DNA of 64,000 nucleotides from Candidatus Babeliales bacterium (GTDB lineage Bacteria; Babelota; Babeliae; Babelales; JBFXEV01): NCBI GenBank assembly GCA_050179755.1, contig JBFXEV010000001.1, positions 1,321,994 to 1,385,993 of the forward strand, read 5' to 3'. Shown piece by piece: positions 49,803 to 58,686 of this stretch (position 1 is its first letter; each line of letters starts with the position of its first letter). The notes under the pieces were generated by a model. It saw only the letters and a program-made list of their open reading frames with translations, ran no database searches and was not told where the DNA came from. The position numbers and the translations under genes were made by a program.

Positions 49803-50380
49803 CACTTTTTTTTCTTTGTAATGACCAGCTGATTTGCACGGCTTAAAGAACGCATAATTGCCAAATGTACAGGCAAGCCATCTTTAAAGTGATACCTTGC
49901 CAAATGCCGAACTCCATCATGTGATGACGGAACTTGCACTTCTTGAAACTCTGTATGATTTGGCGCGAGAATATCCATACAATGACCTGGTACTAGCATA
50001 TATTTTTTTGGCGCTAATTCTGCAGTAAGTACCGCTACTAACTGCACCATCTCTTGAGAATCATTTTGAATTTTAAACATTGTAGGCAGTTTAGGAATTT
50101 TTGGAACAATTTCTACTTCTTCTTTCAAATATGTTTTAGGAGGAGAGTCAGTCAAAGATGGCGAAGATGTTTGTTGCTCTACGGCCGATTCAGAACTTGA
50201 ACTGGGACTTGATGAAAACTCATCATCACATGCTACCAAATCTTGTACAGCTTTTGGAATTCCTTTAAGAAAATCAACAACTGATTGTCCCGCTTGCGCG
50301 ATTTTTGATGTATCTGGTGAACGTTTCATTGCATAACTAGAAAAAGAAAAAAGAAATAACAATGTCAAAATAACTTGCAT
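49799..50380 (-). CDS. Secreted hypothetical protein, Ser-rich, ends KKKKC
   Basis: AAGGAG RBS; signal peptide ending SYA-MK. Confidence 0.75.
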   Translation of the reverse strand: MQVILTLLFLFSFSSYAMKRSPDTSKIAQAGQSVVDFLKGIPKAVQDLVACDDEFSSSPSSSSESAVEQQTSSPSLTDSPPKTYLKEEVEIVPKIPKLPTMFKIQNDSQEMVQLVAVLTAELAPKKYMLVPGHCMDILAPNHTEFQEVQVPSSHDGVRHLARYHFKDGLPVHLAIMRSLSRANQLVITKKKKC

Positions 50381-50440
50381 GGCAATCTCCTTACAAGGGG
50401 TGTGATATTATCTTATCACACCCTAAAAGAGTTTCTAATT

Positions 50441-51901
50441 CTAATCCCAAAGATCACTAACAAGTTGACTCAATTCACTCCGCTCACTATGATCCATATA
50501 CACGGTACCAAAAATTGCGTGTCCTTTAAAAAGATCACTTGCTACCGTCAAACCATTATTACCAAAATCTAAATACGGGGAATCAATTTGATATGGGTCA
50601 CCAGCCAAGATGATTTTACTACCTTCACCCACACGGCTCACGAGCGTTTTAACTTCATGCGGTGTTAAGTTCTGTACTTCATCAATAAGAATATATTGAT
50701 ATGGTATAGAGCGACCGCGCATATAGGTAATTGCTTCTAAACTTAGTTTGCCCTTCTCAATTAAATCATCAAGCGTTGCCACTGCATGAGCTTTGCGTTT
50801 GCTATGTTTATCATCTTTATGATCTTTGTAGCCCTTATGATCTTTATGATCCCCTTTTTCTTTTTTGCCAAACGATTCTTCATACGGGCGCACTTGTTTG
50901 CTAATTTGCGCCGCATGCATAATAAGTTCCATATTGTCATAAATAGGCAACATCCAACTATGAAGCTTTTCTTCCACCGTTCCAGGCAAATAACCAATAT
51001 CTTTGCCAAGAGGAACTACTGGGCGAGATACAAGCATTTTTCGATATTCGTCTTGAATAAGTACTTGATGCAATCCTGCAAGCAAGGCCAAGAAGGTTTT
51101 ACCAGTACCCGCTGGGCCAAAGAGCGTCACAAATTGCACTTTGGGGTCACATAGCAAGTTAAGAGCCATTAATTGTTGTGGATTACGCGCTTGAATTGGC
51201 CATCTAAAATCGGGAGGTGCTACTCGCAAAAAGCGTTTATCGCCTAAATAACGGAACAATACATAATTAAATGGATTATTGTTACTACTTACCAGCACAA
51301 ATTGATTTACTAATAATTTGGTTTCTCGTTCTAAATCAATAAGTTCCTTGGGCACATCATTTTTGAGAGAAACTGCCGGCACCGAAATTTGTACCCATCC
51401 TTTATAAAAATGTGTACGCGAAATATCATCTTTTAAGTAATCTTCTGTTGATATCTTTAATACGTCAGCTTTTACACGCGCATTGATATCTTTTGTTATG
51501 AATTCAACGTCTTCACCAATGTCTTTAAGAGCAAGAACGGTTGCAAGAATTAAATTATCATGTTTATCCACACCAAACGGCATAGAGGTTGGCACTGATT
51601 CTGGTAAAAATAAAACGCGTAACGTTGCGCCATTATCAAGTTGCACACCCTCGCGGAGTGACCCTTTTTCACGCAGCGCATCTAATTTTCTTATTGTCTC
51701 CCGTGCGCTGTAGCCGCGCTCTGAATTTTCTGATTTAAAGGCATCTAATTCTTCAAGTACGGTGATAGGAATACCAACTTGAGCATTTTCAAATGTGTTG
51801 AAGGCATTTGGATCGTGTACTAAGACATTTGTATCAAGAACGTATATACGCTGTGACATACTTCTCCTTATTTCAAACTGTTTCTCCTGCTCTTCTTGCA
51901 A
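50441..51901 (-). CDS. PIN-PhoH fusion protein (PhoH2 / YlaK type)
   Basis: YVLDTNVL PIN domain; GPAGTGKT, YMRGRS, IDEVQNLT, GDPYQID, ERS. Confidence 0.93.
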   Translation of the reverse strand: MQEEQEKQFEIRRSMSQRIYVLDTNVLVHDPNAFNTFENAQVGIPITVLEELDAFKSENSERGYSARETIRKLDALREKGSLREGVQLDNGATLRVLFLPESVPTSMPFGVDKHDNLILATVLALKDIGEDVEFITKDINARVKADVLKISTEDYLKDDISRTHFYKGWVQISVPAVSLKNDVPKELIDLERETKLLVNQFVLVSSNNNPFNYVLFRYLGDKRFLRVAPPDFRWPIQARNPQQLMALNLLCDPKVQFVTLFGPAGTGKTFLALLAGLHQVLIQDEYRKMLVSRPVVPLGKDIGYLPGTVEEKLHSWMLPIYDNMELIMHAAQISKQVRPYEESFGKKEKGDHKDHKGYKDHKDDKHSKRKAHAVATLDDLIEKGKLSLEAITYMRGRSIPYQYILIDEVQNLTPHEVKTLVSRVGEGSKIILAGDPYQIDSPYLDFGNNGLTVASDLFKGHAIFGTVYMDHSERSELSQLVSDLWD

Positions 51902-52065
51902 ATTACCATACCACCAAAAAGTTTACAATAGATAGCCCGAAATTGTGCTGGAAACGCCTCATGCAGGTAGTTCTTGGAGTTAAATCAAAGTTAAAGTGGA
52001 AAATTACGCACATTCTGCTACCCTATTAAGGAGATTTAACCTGTATTATTTTATAAGGAATTTGC

Positions 52066-53778
52066 ATGAGCAAGAAAGAAAAAGAGCTAAGCATTCTACG
52101 TCATTCGGCAGCCCATTTATTGGCACACGCGGTGCAAGAACTGCACCCTGGTACCATTTTGACCATCGGCCCTGCCACGAAAGAAGGCTTCTTTTATGAT
52201 ATGCTTCCTGCAAAAAACTTTAAAGAAGAAGATTTAGCGCTTTTTGAACAACGAATGCATGAAATTGCACAGCGCAATTTGCCCTTAACCCATGAACAAA
52301 TGGATAAAGATAAAGCGCGTAAAATTTTTGCCAAAAATCCATTTAAGATGGAGCTTATTAATGAAATCCCTGGTGAAACGGTGGGGATCTCTCGCCAAGG
52401 CGACTTTTATGACTTGTGCCGCGGCGGCCACGTGGAAACAACAGGTGATATTAAATTCTTTAAACTCACCACTCTTTCTGGTGCATATTGGCGAGCAGAT
52501 AAAGAAAAGCAACCGTTACTACGCATTTCTGGCACCGCATTCTTAAGCCAAGAAGATATGGATGCAGACCAAAAGCGTAAAGAAGAAGCTGCAATGTATG
52601 ATCACCGCAGGCTTGGCAAACAGCTTGATTATTTTTCATTCCAACCTGAAGGCGTAGGGTTTCCATTTTTTCACCCTAAAGGAAAATTAATTTATAACTT
52701 GCTTGTCTCCTATTTGCGCGGGCTGCAACAAAAAGAACAGTACCAAGAAATAAGCACGCCAACAGCACTTTCTGACCAATTGTGGAAACGCTCTGGCCAT
52801 TGGGACCATTATAAACATAACATGTACTTTACTACTATTGATGAGCAAAGCTATGCTATCAAACCCATGAACTGCCCTGGTGCATTCTTGGTGTATAATG
52901 ATCGCCCTCACTCCTACCGTGAACTGCCTATGCGGCTTTCTGAGTTTGGCCACGTGCACCGACATGAACTTTCTGGCGTGCTCCATGGCCTTATGCGGGT
53001 GCGTGCATTCACGCAAGATGATGCCCATATTATCTGTACGCCGCAACAAATTGAGCATGAAATTTTGCATTGCATAGAGCTAACTACACAAGTATATAAA
53101 AAGTTTGGTTTTAACAAATTGACCGTTGCAGTTTCAACAAAATCAAAAAATGCTATGGGTAGTGACGAGTTATGGAAAAAAGCAACTGACACTCTTTGCT
53201 CCGCGCTTGATACCATGAAGTTGCCGTATACTCTACAAGAAGGCGAAGGCGCTTTCTATGGCCCTAAGATTGAATTTATTATTCATGATTCTATGGGCAG
53301 AAGCTGGCAATGTGGCACCGTGCAAGTAGACTTTTTCCTACCGGAAAAGTTTGACATGACCTATGTTTCAAGCCAAGGCACCAAGGAACGACCCGTGGTG
53401 ATTCACCGCGCCATTTACGGATCACTTGAACGATTCTTTGCTATTTTGCTTGAACATCATAAAGGTCATTTGCCGTTTTGGCTTTCTCCCGTGCAAATAA
53501 AAGTGCTTACCATCACCGATGGTCAACTTGATTATGCACATAAAGTTGCAAAACAATTACAAGCGCAAGGATTACGCGTGGTAGTTGATGAAAGTAATGA
53601 TCAAATTTCTGCAAAAATCAAAACGGCACAACTTGATAAAATCCCGTGGATGCTCGTGATTGGTGCAAAAGAAGTTACACAAGATACAGTAACTTTGCGC
53701 TATCAAGACGGCAAACAAGAATTTGGTTTAACCATTGATAACATTATAACCAAAGCGCGAGATTTACAGGCGATCTAA
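52066..53778 (+). CDS. thrS: Threonine--tRNA ligase (no N-terminal TGS domain)
   Basis: RHSAAH, DLCRGGH, DHRRLGK, KPMNCP, GAFYGPK, IHRAIYGSLERF. Confidence 0.98.
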   Translation: MSKKEKELSILRHSAAHLLAHAVQELHPGTILTIGPATKEGFFYDMLPAKNFKEEDLALFEQRMHEIAQRNLPLTHEQMDKDKARKIFAKNPFKMELINEIPGETVGISRQGDFYDLCRGGHVETTGDIKFFKLTTLSGAYWRADKEKQPLLRISGTAFLSQEDMDADQKRKEEAAMYDHRRLGKQLDYFSFQPEGVGFPFFHPKGKLIYNLLVSYLRGLQQKEQYQEISTPTALSDQLWKRSGHWDHYKHNMYFTTIDEQSYAIKPMNCPGAFLVYNDRPHSYRELPMRLSEFGHVHRHELSGVLHGLMRVRAFTQDDAHIICTPQQIEHEILHCIELTTQVYKKFGFNKLTVAVSTKSKNAMGSDELWKKATDTLCSALDTMKLPYTLQEGEGAFYGPKIEFIIHDSMGRSWQCGTVQVDFFLPEKFDMTYVSSQGTKERPVVIHRAIYGSLERFFAILLEHHKGHLPFWLSPVQIKVLTITDGQLDYAHKVAKQLQAQGLRVVVDESNDQISAKIKTAQLDKIPWMLVIGAKEVTQDTVTLRYQDGKQEFGLTIDNIITKARDLQAI

Positions 53779-54527
53779 TGATTGCTCGTTATGTTGCAAT
53801 AATTTGCTTTGGGCTATTTTTGGGCGCCCTGTACATGCTCTATGAACGCAGGGCCCCTTTTCAAACCAAACCGCTGACAGCAAGTAACATTATTTGCTCA
53901 ACACTTTATACACCAGACAAGATTCTCTACATAGATATGCACGATGAAGGCATTTTATATGTGCACCAAGAAGAAGGATCTCCTACGTTACACGTTGAAG
54001 CAGATCAAGTACTCTTGCCTTTTATTGATATAACGCTTCACAACGCAACGGCGACATTACGCTTAAAACAAGGAAACTATAGTTTAGACAAAATCCCAAA
54101 ACCACAGTTTTACCTGGTAACATCGGATATTGCAGCAATTACTCTTTCTGGCCATGCCCAGATTATTACTAAAAATACTCTTCAAGTAGACTCACTTGAT
54201 ATAAATGCACAGGGAAATAGCAACATTACCGCCACAATTAACACTAAGGAACTTGACGTGCAAAGCTATGGCGCAAGCACAGTTAAACTCTCGGGAACAG
54301 CTTTAGAGCAGCATCTGGAATTACATGGCGCTTCCAGGTATGAGGCGCAAAATCTCACATCGCTTGAATGCTCAATACATGCTTCTGGGGCTAGCACTGC
54401 TTATATTAACGCAAAAGATAAACTTTATGGATTAATTACAAATTCAAGCATCGTCACTCACTATGGCACTTCACAAATTGAAGTTACACAGAATAACGAT
54501 GCTCAAATTCTAAAATGGAATCAATAA
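53778..54527 (+). CDS. DUF2807 / GIN-domain-like beta-helix protein, membrane anchored
   Basis: Repeats SGHAQI, QGNSNI, YGASTV, HGASRY, SGASTA. Confidence 0.8.
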   Translation: MIARYVAIICFGLFLGALYMLYERRAPFQTKPLTASNIICSTLYTPDKILYIDMHDEGILYVHQEEGSPTLHVEADQVLLPFIDITLHNATATLRLKQGNYSLDKIPKPQFYLVTSDIAAITLSGHAQIITKNTLQVDSLDINAQGNSNITATINTKELDVQSYGASTVKLSGTALEQHLELHGASRYEAQNLTSLECSIHASGASTAYINAKDKLYGLITNSSIVTHYGTSQIEVTQNNDAQILKWNQ

Positions 54528-54528
54528 T

Positions 54529-55179
54529 TTACTTAGTATTACAGTAACATTTGAATTTGTCTGGAAACTGTTTGATAATGCCAGAAGTAAGAATGTTTGC
54601 AAATTCCACCATATGCTTATGACCTTCGTCAAAAGCGGCAATATCACCATTCCAATCTTTTTTTAAACGAGAGGTCAATTGACCATCAGTCGTATCAAGA
54701 TGAATATACATCATATCTTTAATCTCATGCATTGACCAATACGGATTTAATCCGCTGATAAATTGCGCTATTTGGTCTGCATTCGCTCGCCATTTTGCTT
54801 TATTTTCTTCAACAAGTTGTTTATTTTGTACCATTGCAGCTTTTATTATGTCTCCACCAATAGCTTCATGTTCTTTAAGTAAGCGCGTTAGTTCATTGCC
54901 AGCTTGCTCACCATAGAAGGGTTTAAATTCATTTCCTATATCTTCTTGATTTTTTAAAAATCGCTTATGAATTGCATCTTTATCTTCCAAATGAGCAAGA
55001 GAGCTTATAATAAAATTACGAAGATAGGTAATATGGTCTTGCCAATGAGCAAGCATAGTGCTTCTAAGTTTGGTTGATTCTTTAACACAAACTTCATCTT
55101 TGGTGCCATTATTAAATAAATTACACCCACTAAAAATAAATAACGAAACGAGTAAAATTAATAAACCTTTTTGTTTCAT
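54529..55179 (-). CDS. Lipoprotein with His-rich helical bundle
   Basis: Lipobox FSG-C; W.DH..Y.R, NQEDIG..FKPFYG..AG..LT.LLKEH, W..NADQIA, NPYW. Confidence 0.7.
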   Translation of the reverse strand: MKQKGLLILLVSLFIFSGCNLFNNGTKDEVCVKESTKLRSTMLAHWQDHITYLRNFIISSLAHLEDKDAIHKRFLKNQEDIGNEFKPFYGEQAGNELTRLLKEHEAIGGDIIKAAMVQNKQLVEENKAKWRANADQIAQFISGLNPYWSMHEIKDMMYIHLDTTDGQLTSRLKKDWNGDIAAFDEGHKHMVEFANILTSGIIKQFPDKFKCYCNTK

Positions 55180-55412
55180 GAAAGTTCCTTACATTTTTAG
55201 AATACAATTTTTTTCAAGCACCTAGTTTTCAAATTTTCCTTTCTTCAGATAGCATGAACCGATTAGAGATCACTGTACCTAGTTTTTTAAAAAAAAGTAA
55301 TAAAAGCAGAGCGAATTTGCAATAAATAAAGCGTTATTAAGATTTTCTTGTAAGAAAGATTCAGCCTTGAGTATATTTAAATCAGTAATAAAATAACCAC
55401 AAAGGGTTAGCA

Positions 55413-56012
55413 ATGCCAAAAAAGAAATTCTCGCTCGCGCAATACAAAGAAAGACGAAAATTTAAACGCACACCTGAACCAAAAGGTAAAAAGGCTCGCA
55501 AAAAGCCCGACGAGCCCATTTTTGTTATACAAGAACATCATGCTTCTCGGATTCATTGGGATTTAAGATTAGAAATAAAAGGCGTATTAGTCTCATGGGC
55601 GATCCCCAAAGGTCCTTCTTTAAATCCTGCAATTAGACGCATTGCTATAATGACTGAAGATCATCCGATTGAATATGCAGGTTTTGAAGGCGTAATTCCT
55701 AAAGGCATGTATGGCGCTGGTCCAGTAATGGTGTGGGACACAGGCACATTTGAAAATAAAAACATCCGCAACAAAAAACCAGTGCCTTTGCATCAAGGCT
55801 TAGAAGATGGCTACCTTGAATTTTTTTTGCACGGCACCAAACTACAAGGCTCATTCGTTCTTATCAAGCCTAACTTTGAAGATGGCCAAAAAGAATGGCT
55901 TCTTATTAAACGAAAGGATAAATATGCAAGCAAAAAGCGAAAGCCGGTAAATACACAGAAAAAATCTGCGCTCACCGGCCGTACTATGGCACGTATTAGA
56001 CGCGAGGGTTAA
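55413..56012 (+). CDS. Stand-alone LigD-type 3'-phosphoesterase domain
   Basis: Y..RRKF.RTPEP, FVIQEHHASRIHWDLRLE, SWAIPKGPS, EDHPIEY..FEG.IP..YGAG.V.VWD.G. Confidence 0.9.
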   Translation: MPKKKFSLAQYKERRKFKRTPEPKGKKARKKPDEPIFVIQEHHASRIHWDLRLEIKGVLVSWAIPKGPSLNPAIRRIAIMTEDHPIEYAGFEGVIPKGMYGAGPVMVWDTGTFENKNIRNKKPVPLHQGLEDGYLEFFLHGTKLQGSFVLIKPNFEDGQKEWLLIKRKDKYASKKRKPVNTQKKSALTGRTMARIRREG

Positions 56013-58152
56013 CAATAAATTCAGAAACTGCTTCTCCCACCACATATGCCGCACGCGACGTGTTGAAAGCATGAAGCCATGGGGTTACGTACACACTCGT
56101 ATCGGCCACACGCAAATTGTCAACGCCCAGCACACGGCAGCGTGAATCTAACACGGTATTTTTATTTTTAGCTTTACCAGTAGTGGCATCAACTGCTCCC
56201 ATCTGACAAGTTCCTGACATGTGATGACCAAACGAGCTCCAATTTTTAATATACGTTTTTAAGTCTTGTAAGGTAGCAGCTCTTGGGCCGGGAATAATTT
56301 CCCACGGTTTATCGGGAATACTATATGTATTTTTTATACGCGGTTCATTCATGACATCGCGCACTTGCAAAATCATCCGTGCCATGTTTTCAATACCTTG
56401 ATCATCTTCATATAATTGTTCACGAATGATGGGAGATTTCCTTGGATCATTACTTGCAAGACGTATGGTTCCTTTACTGTTGCCCGGTATTAAGTTTTCA
56501 ATTAACCAAGTCAAATAAACACGCGGGTTTGCAGCAAATTGGGCGCTATTAAGCGTACCTTTTTGAGCCATACCTTGCTGATTTAAAGGTTTGTTATAAT
56601 CTGGCACTAACTGATTCCTAGAAAAATTAAAATAATTATCAGGATATAATGGACTGATTAAAGTTAAGTCAAAATTAAAATAAAATGATTGATAAGGAAC
56701 CGCATGGATATCAGGAAATGGATAAGCACCTTCTTGCATTAATGGGGCTTTGCCTTTACTATACCAATCCCATTGTATTGCGCCGGTATTTTGATTAGCA
56801 TATTCAGGAAATGCGGCGGCAGCTTGCAAGGCTCTTGCATAAATATCCGACGGTAATTTTGAGCCATGTTGCTCTAATAATAAATGTGCTTGCCATGTTG
56901 GTATAAACACTTTCGGATTTATTTCATAAATAATAGAAACTTCACAATGATCAAGCAAATCGCTTCCTACTCCAGGCAAATCAATTTTTGTATCGATTCC
57001 AATTTGTTCCAAATGTTCTTTAGGCCCTATACCAGAAAGCATAAGGAGTTGAGGGCTTTGAATCGCACCGCAACAAATAATAACCTCTTTCCGCGCCAAA
57101 TAATGATTTGCCATCTGAGGAAGCGAATTATCAACCCTTCTTGCAACACATACTTTGGGATCAGGGCAATTATTTGGAACACTGCAAGTAAACTCATGTG
57201 CTCCGCCGGGCTGAACTTCCTGCAAATAAGCTTTATTATATGCTTTTACGCCGTATGCATTGTATTGATTTTTTGCAGTGACGTCTTCATTCTTTTTAAG
57301 TAAGATTTCTGCAGCCAACGTATTAAATTCAACTTTAATAAGTCCAGTTTTTTGTTGTGTCGGTAGTAATAAATCTTGATACGCATACGATTTATTGCCG
57401 TCTTTGCCAATCTGTACATCGGCATTTCCAACCCCTGCAACATCAAATGGATTACAAAAATTTTCACGATACGGAATTTTGATCGTATCTACCACAACAT
57501 CAGAAATAGATTGCAGCAATGGTTCAACTGTCGTATGTTGCACCGAGAGCCATCCGTTGGTGCCGGCACAGGCATCGCCTGGTTTTGCATATAAAACGTT
57601 TTCCATCTTCTTAAAAAGTCGTTTAATATTACTACCATTCCAATAATCATCGCCTACCACAATCGCAATATTATCATACACTTGTAATGACCCTACTCCA
57701 TCTTGCATGTTATGATGTGATGTGCAGCCTCCTGCGCCGACTCCACGAGGATAAGCATAGTAAATACCATTCTGATCAATAGATACAAAATCTGCTAATG
57801 TCTGTGTGGCATTCCATTGACCACACTGAACAGAGAAAGGATTTTGATTAAAACGATTAAAAAGAAATGAGTAATATATGGGTGTCTGTATTAAGCCTTT
57901 ATCAAATTGCACTAACGGATCAAAGGAATCTTTGCCAGTATTAGGGCCAGCCTCAATAACTATAACTGAATACCCCGCATGAGCAAGACGTGCTGCAATG
58001 ACTGACCCAGCAGCTCCCGCTCCTACTATTATATAATCAGCAGTATATTCAAATATACCCTGGTTTATAGCTTTTTCGTGTGAAGTTTGTGCGGCACAAT
58101 GAAAAAAAATACAACTAACCAGCATAAAACTGCGAGGACAAAATAGCTTCAT
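55996..58152 (-). CDS. Secreted GMC oxidoreductase
   Basis: Signal peptide; DYIIVGAGAAG, YPRGVGAGG, KEVIICCGAIQSPQLLMLSGIGP, HHMSGTCQMG, LRVADTS. Confidence 0.9.
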   Translation of the reverse strand: MKLFCPRSFMLVSCIFFHCAAQTSHEKAINQGIFEYTADYIIVGAGAAGSVIAARLAHAGYSVIVIEAGPNTGKDSFDPLVQFDKGLIQTPIYYSFLFNRFNQNPFSVQCGQWNATQTLADFVSIDQNGIYYAYPRGVGAGGCTSHHNMQDGVGSLQVYDNIAIVVGDDYWNGSNIKRLFKKMENVLYAKPGDACAGTNGWLSVQHTTVEPLLQSISDVVVDTIKIPYRENFCNPFDVAGVGNADVQIGKDGNKSYAYQDLLLPTQQKTGLIKVEFNTLAAEILLKKNEDVTAKNQYNAYGVKAYNKAYLQEVQPGGAHEFTCSVPNNCPDPKVCVARRVDNSLPQMANHYLARKEVIICCGAIQSPQLLMLSGIGPKEHLEQIGIDTKIDLPGVGSDLLDHCEVSIIYEINPKVFIPTWQAHLLLEQHGSKLPSDIYARALQAAAAFPEYANQNTGAIQWDWYSKGKAPLMQEGAYPFPDIHAVPYQSFYFNFDLTLISPLYPDNYFNFSRNQLVPDYNKPLNQQGMAQKGTLNSAQFAANPRVYLTWLIENLIPGNSKGTIRLASNDPRKSPIIREQLYEDDQGIENMARMILQVRDVMNEPRIKNTYSIPDKPWEIIPGPRAATLQDLKTYIKNWSSFGHHMSGTCQMGAVDATTGKAKNKNTVLDSRCRVLGVDNLRVADTSVYVTPWLHAFNTSRAAYVVGEAVSEFIVNPRV

Positions 58153-58608
58153 TATATTCCTTTATTTACTATTTTTATATCATTACCAGGGTAATCCCTG
58201 CTAGATAAAAAGCAACAGCTCTAGAACATTAAAGCTAGCAATGCCCATAAACACCATAGCATTAAGGAATAATATCACGCCTAATGCCTATTTGACAGAG
58301 TAAATAGTTTTAGACAAAACCTATTATATACGGCCCAAATAACGACCTAATGGTCTTTTTGTCTATTTTTAGTCAATGTTCATACGGCCAAACGTTTTTT
58401 AAAAAAAAGGATAAGAAACTGTGGACTTTTTATATAATAAAACACAAAAATAAGAAAAAAAATTAAAAAAAATTCAAATTCAAGTAAAAATCTGCATTAG
58501 AGCATCAGATCGCTAAATTCGAACGATTCAATTTCATAAAATAGATTAATTTTTAATAAAAAACTATAAAGATTTCTTAAAAAATGACATTATGAAATGT
58601 AAAAAGTA

Positions 58609-58638
58609 TTGACTTCTGATCTGCTGAAAATGTAGTAT
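58609..58638 (+). promoter_or_regulatory. Putative sigma70 promoter of the histone-like gene
   Basis: TTGACT-18nt-TAGTAT downstream of a very AT-rich region; AAGGAG RBS follows. Confidence 0.45.
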
Positions 58639-58686
58639 GAAAGTGTAAAGGTAGTGTACCGTATCCATCTCAAAAGGAGAGTTACA

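Noticed and set aside
52066..53778. ThrRS lacking the TGS domain (and short EF-Ts) as pseudogenes
   Set aside because: Both short forms are known functional variants with intact catalytic motifs.
58153..58686. AT-rich gap, or the rpmH region, as oriC
   Set aside because: No cluster of TTATCCACA DnaA boxes was seen and dnaA is not in the window.
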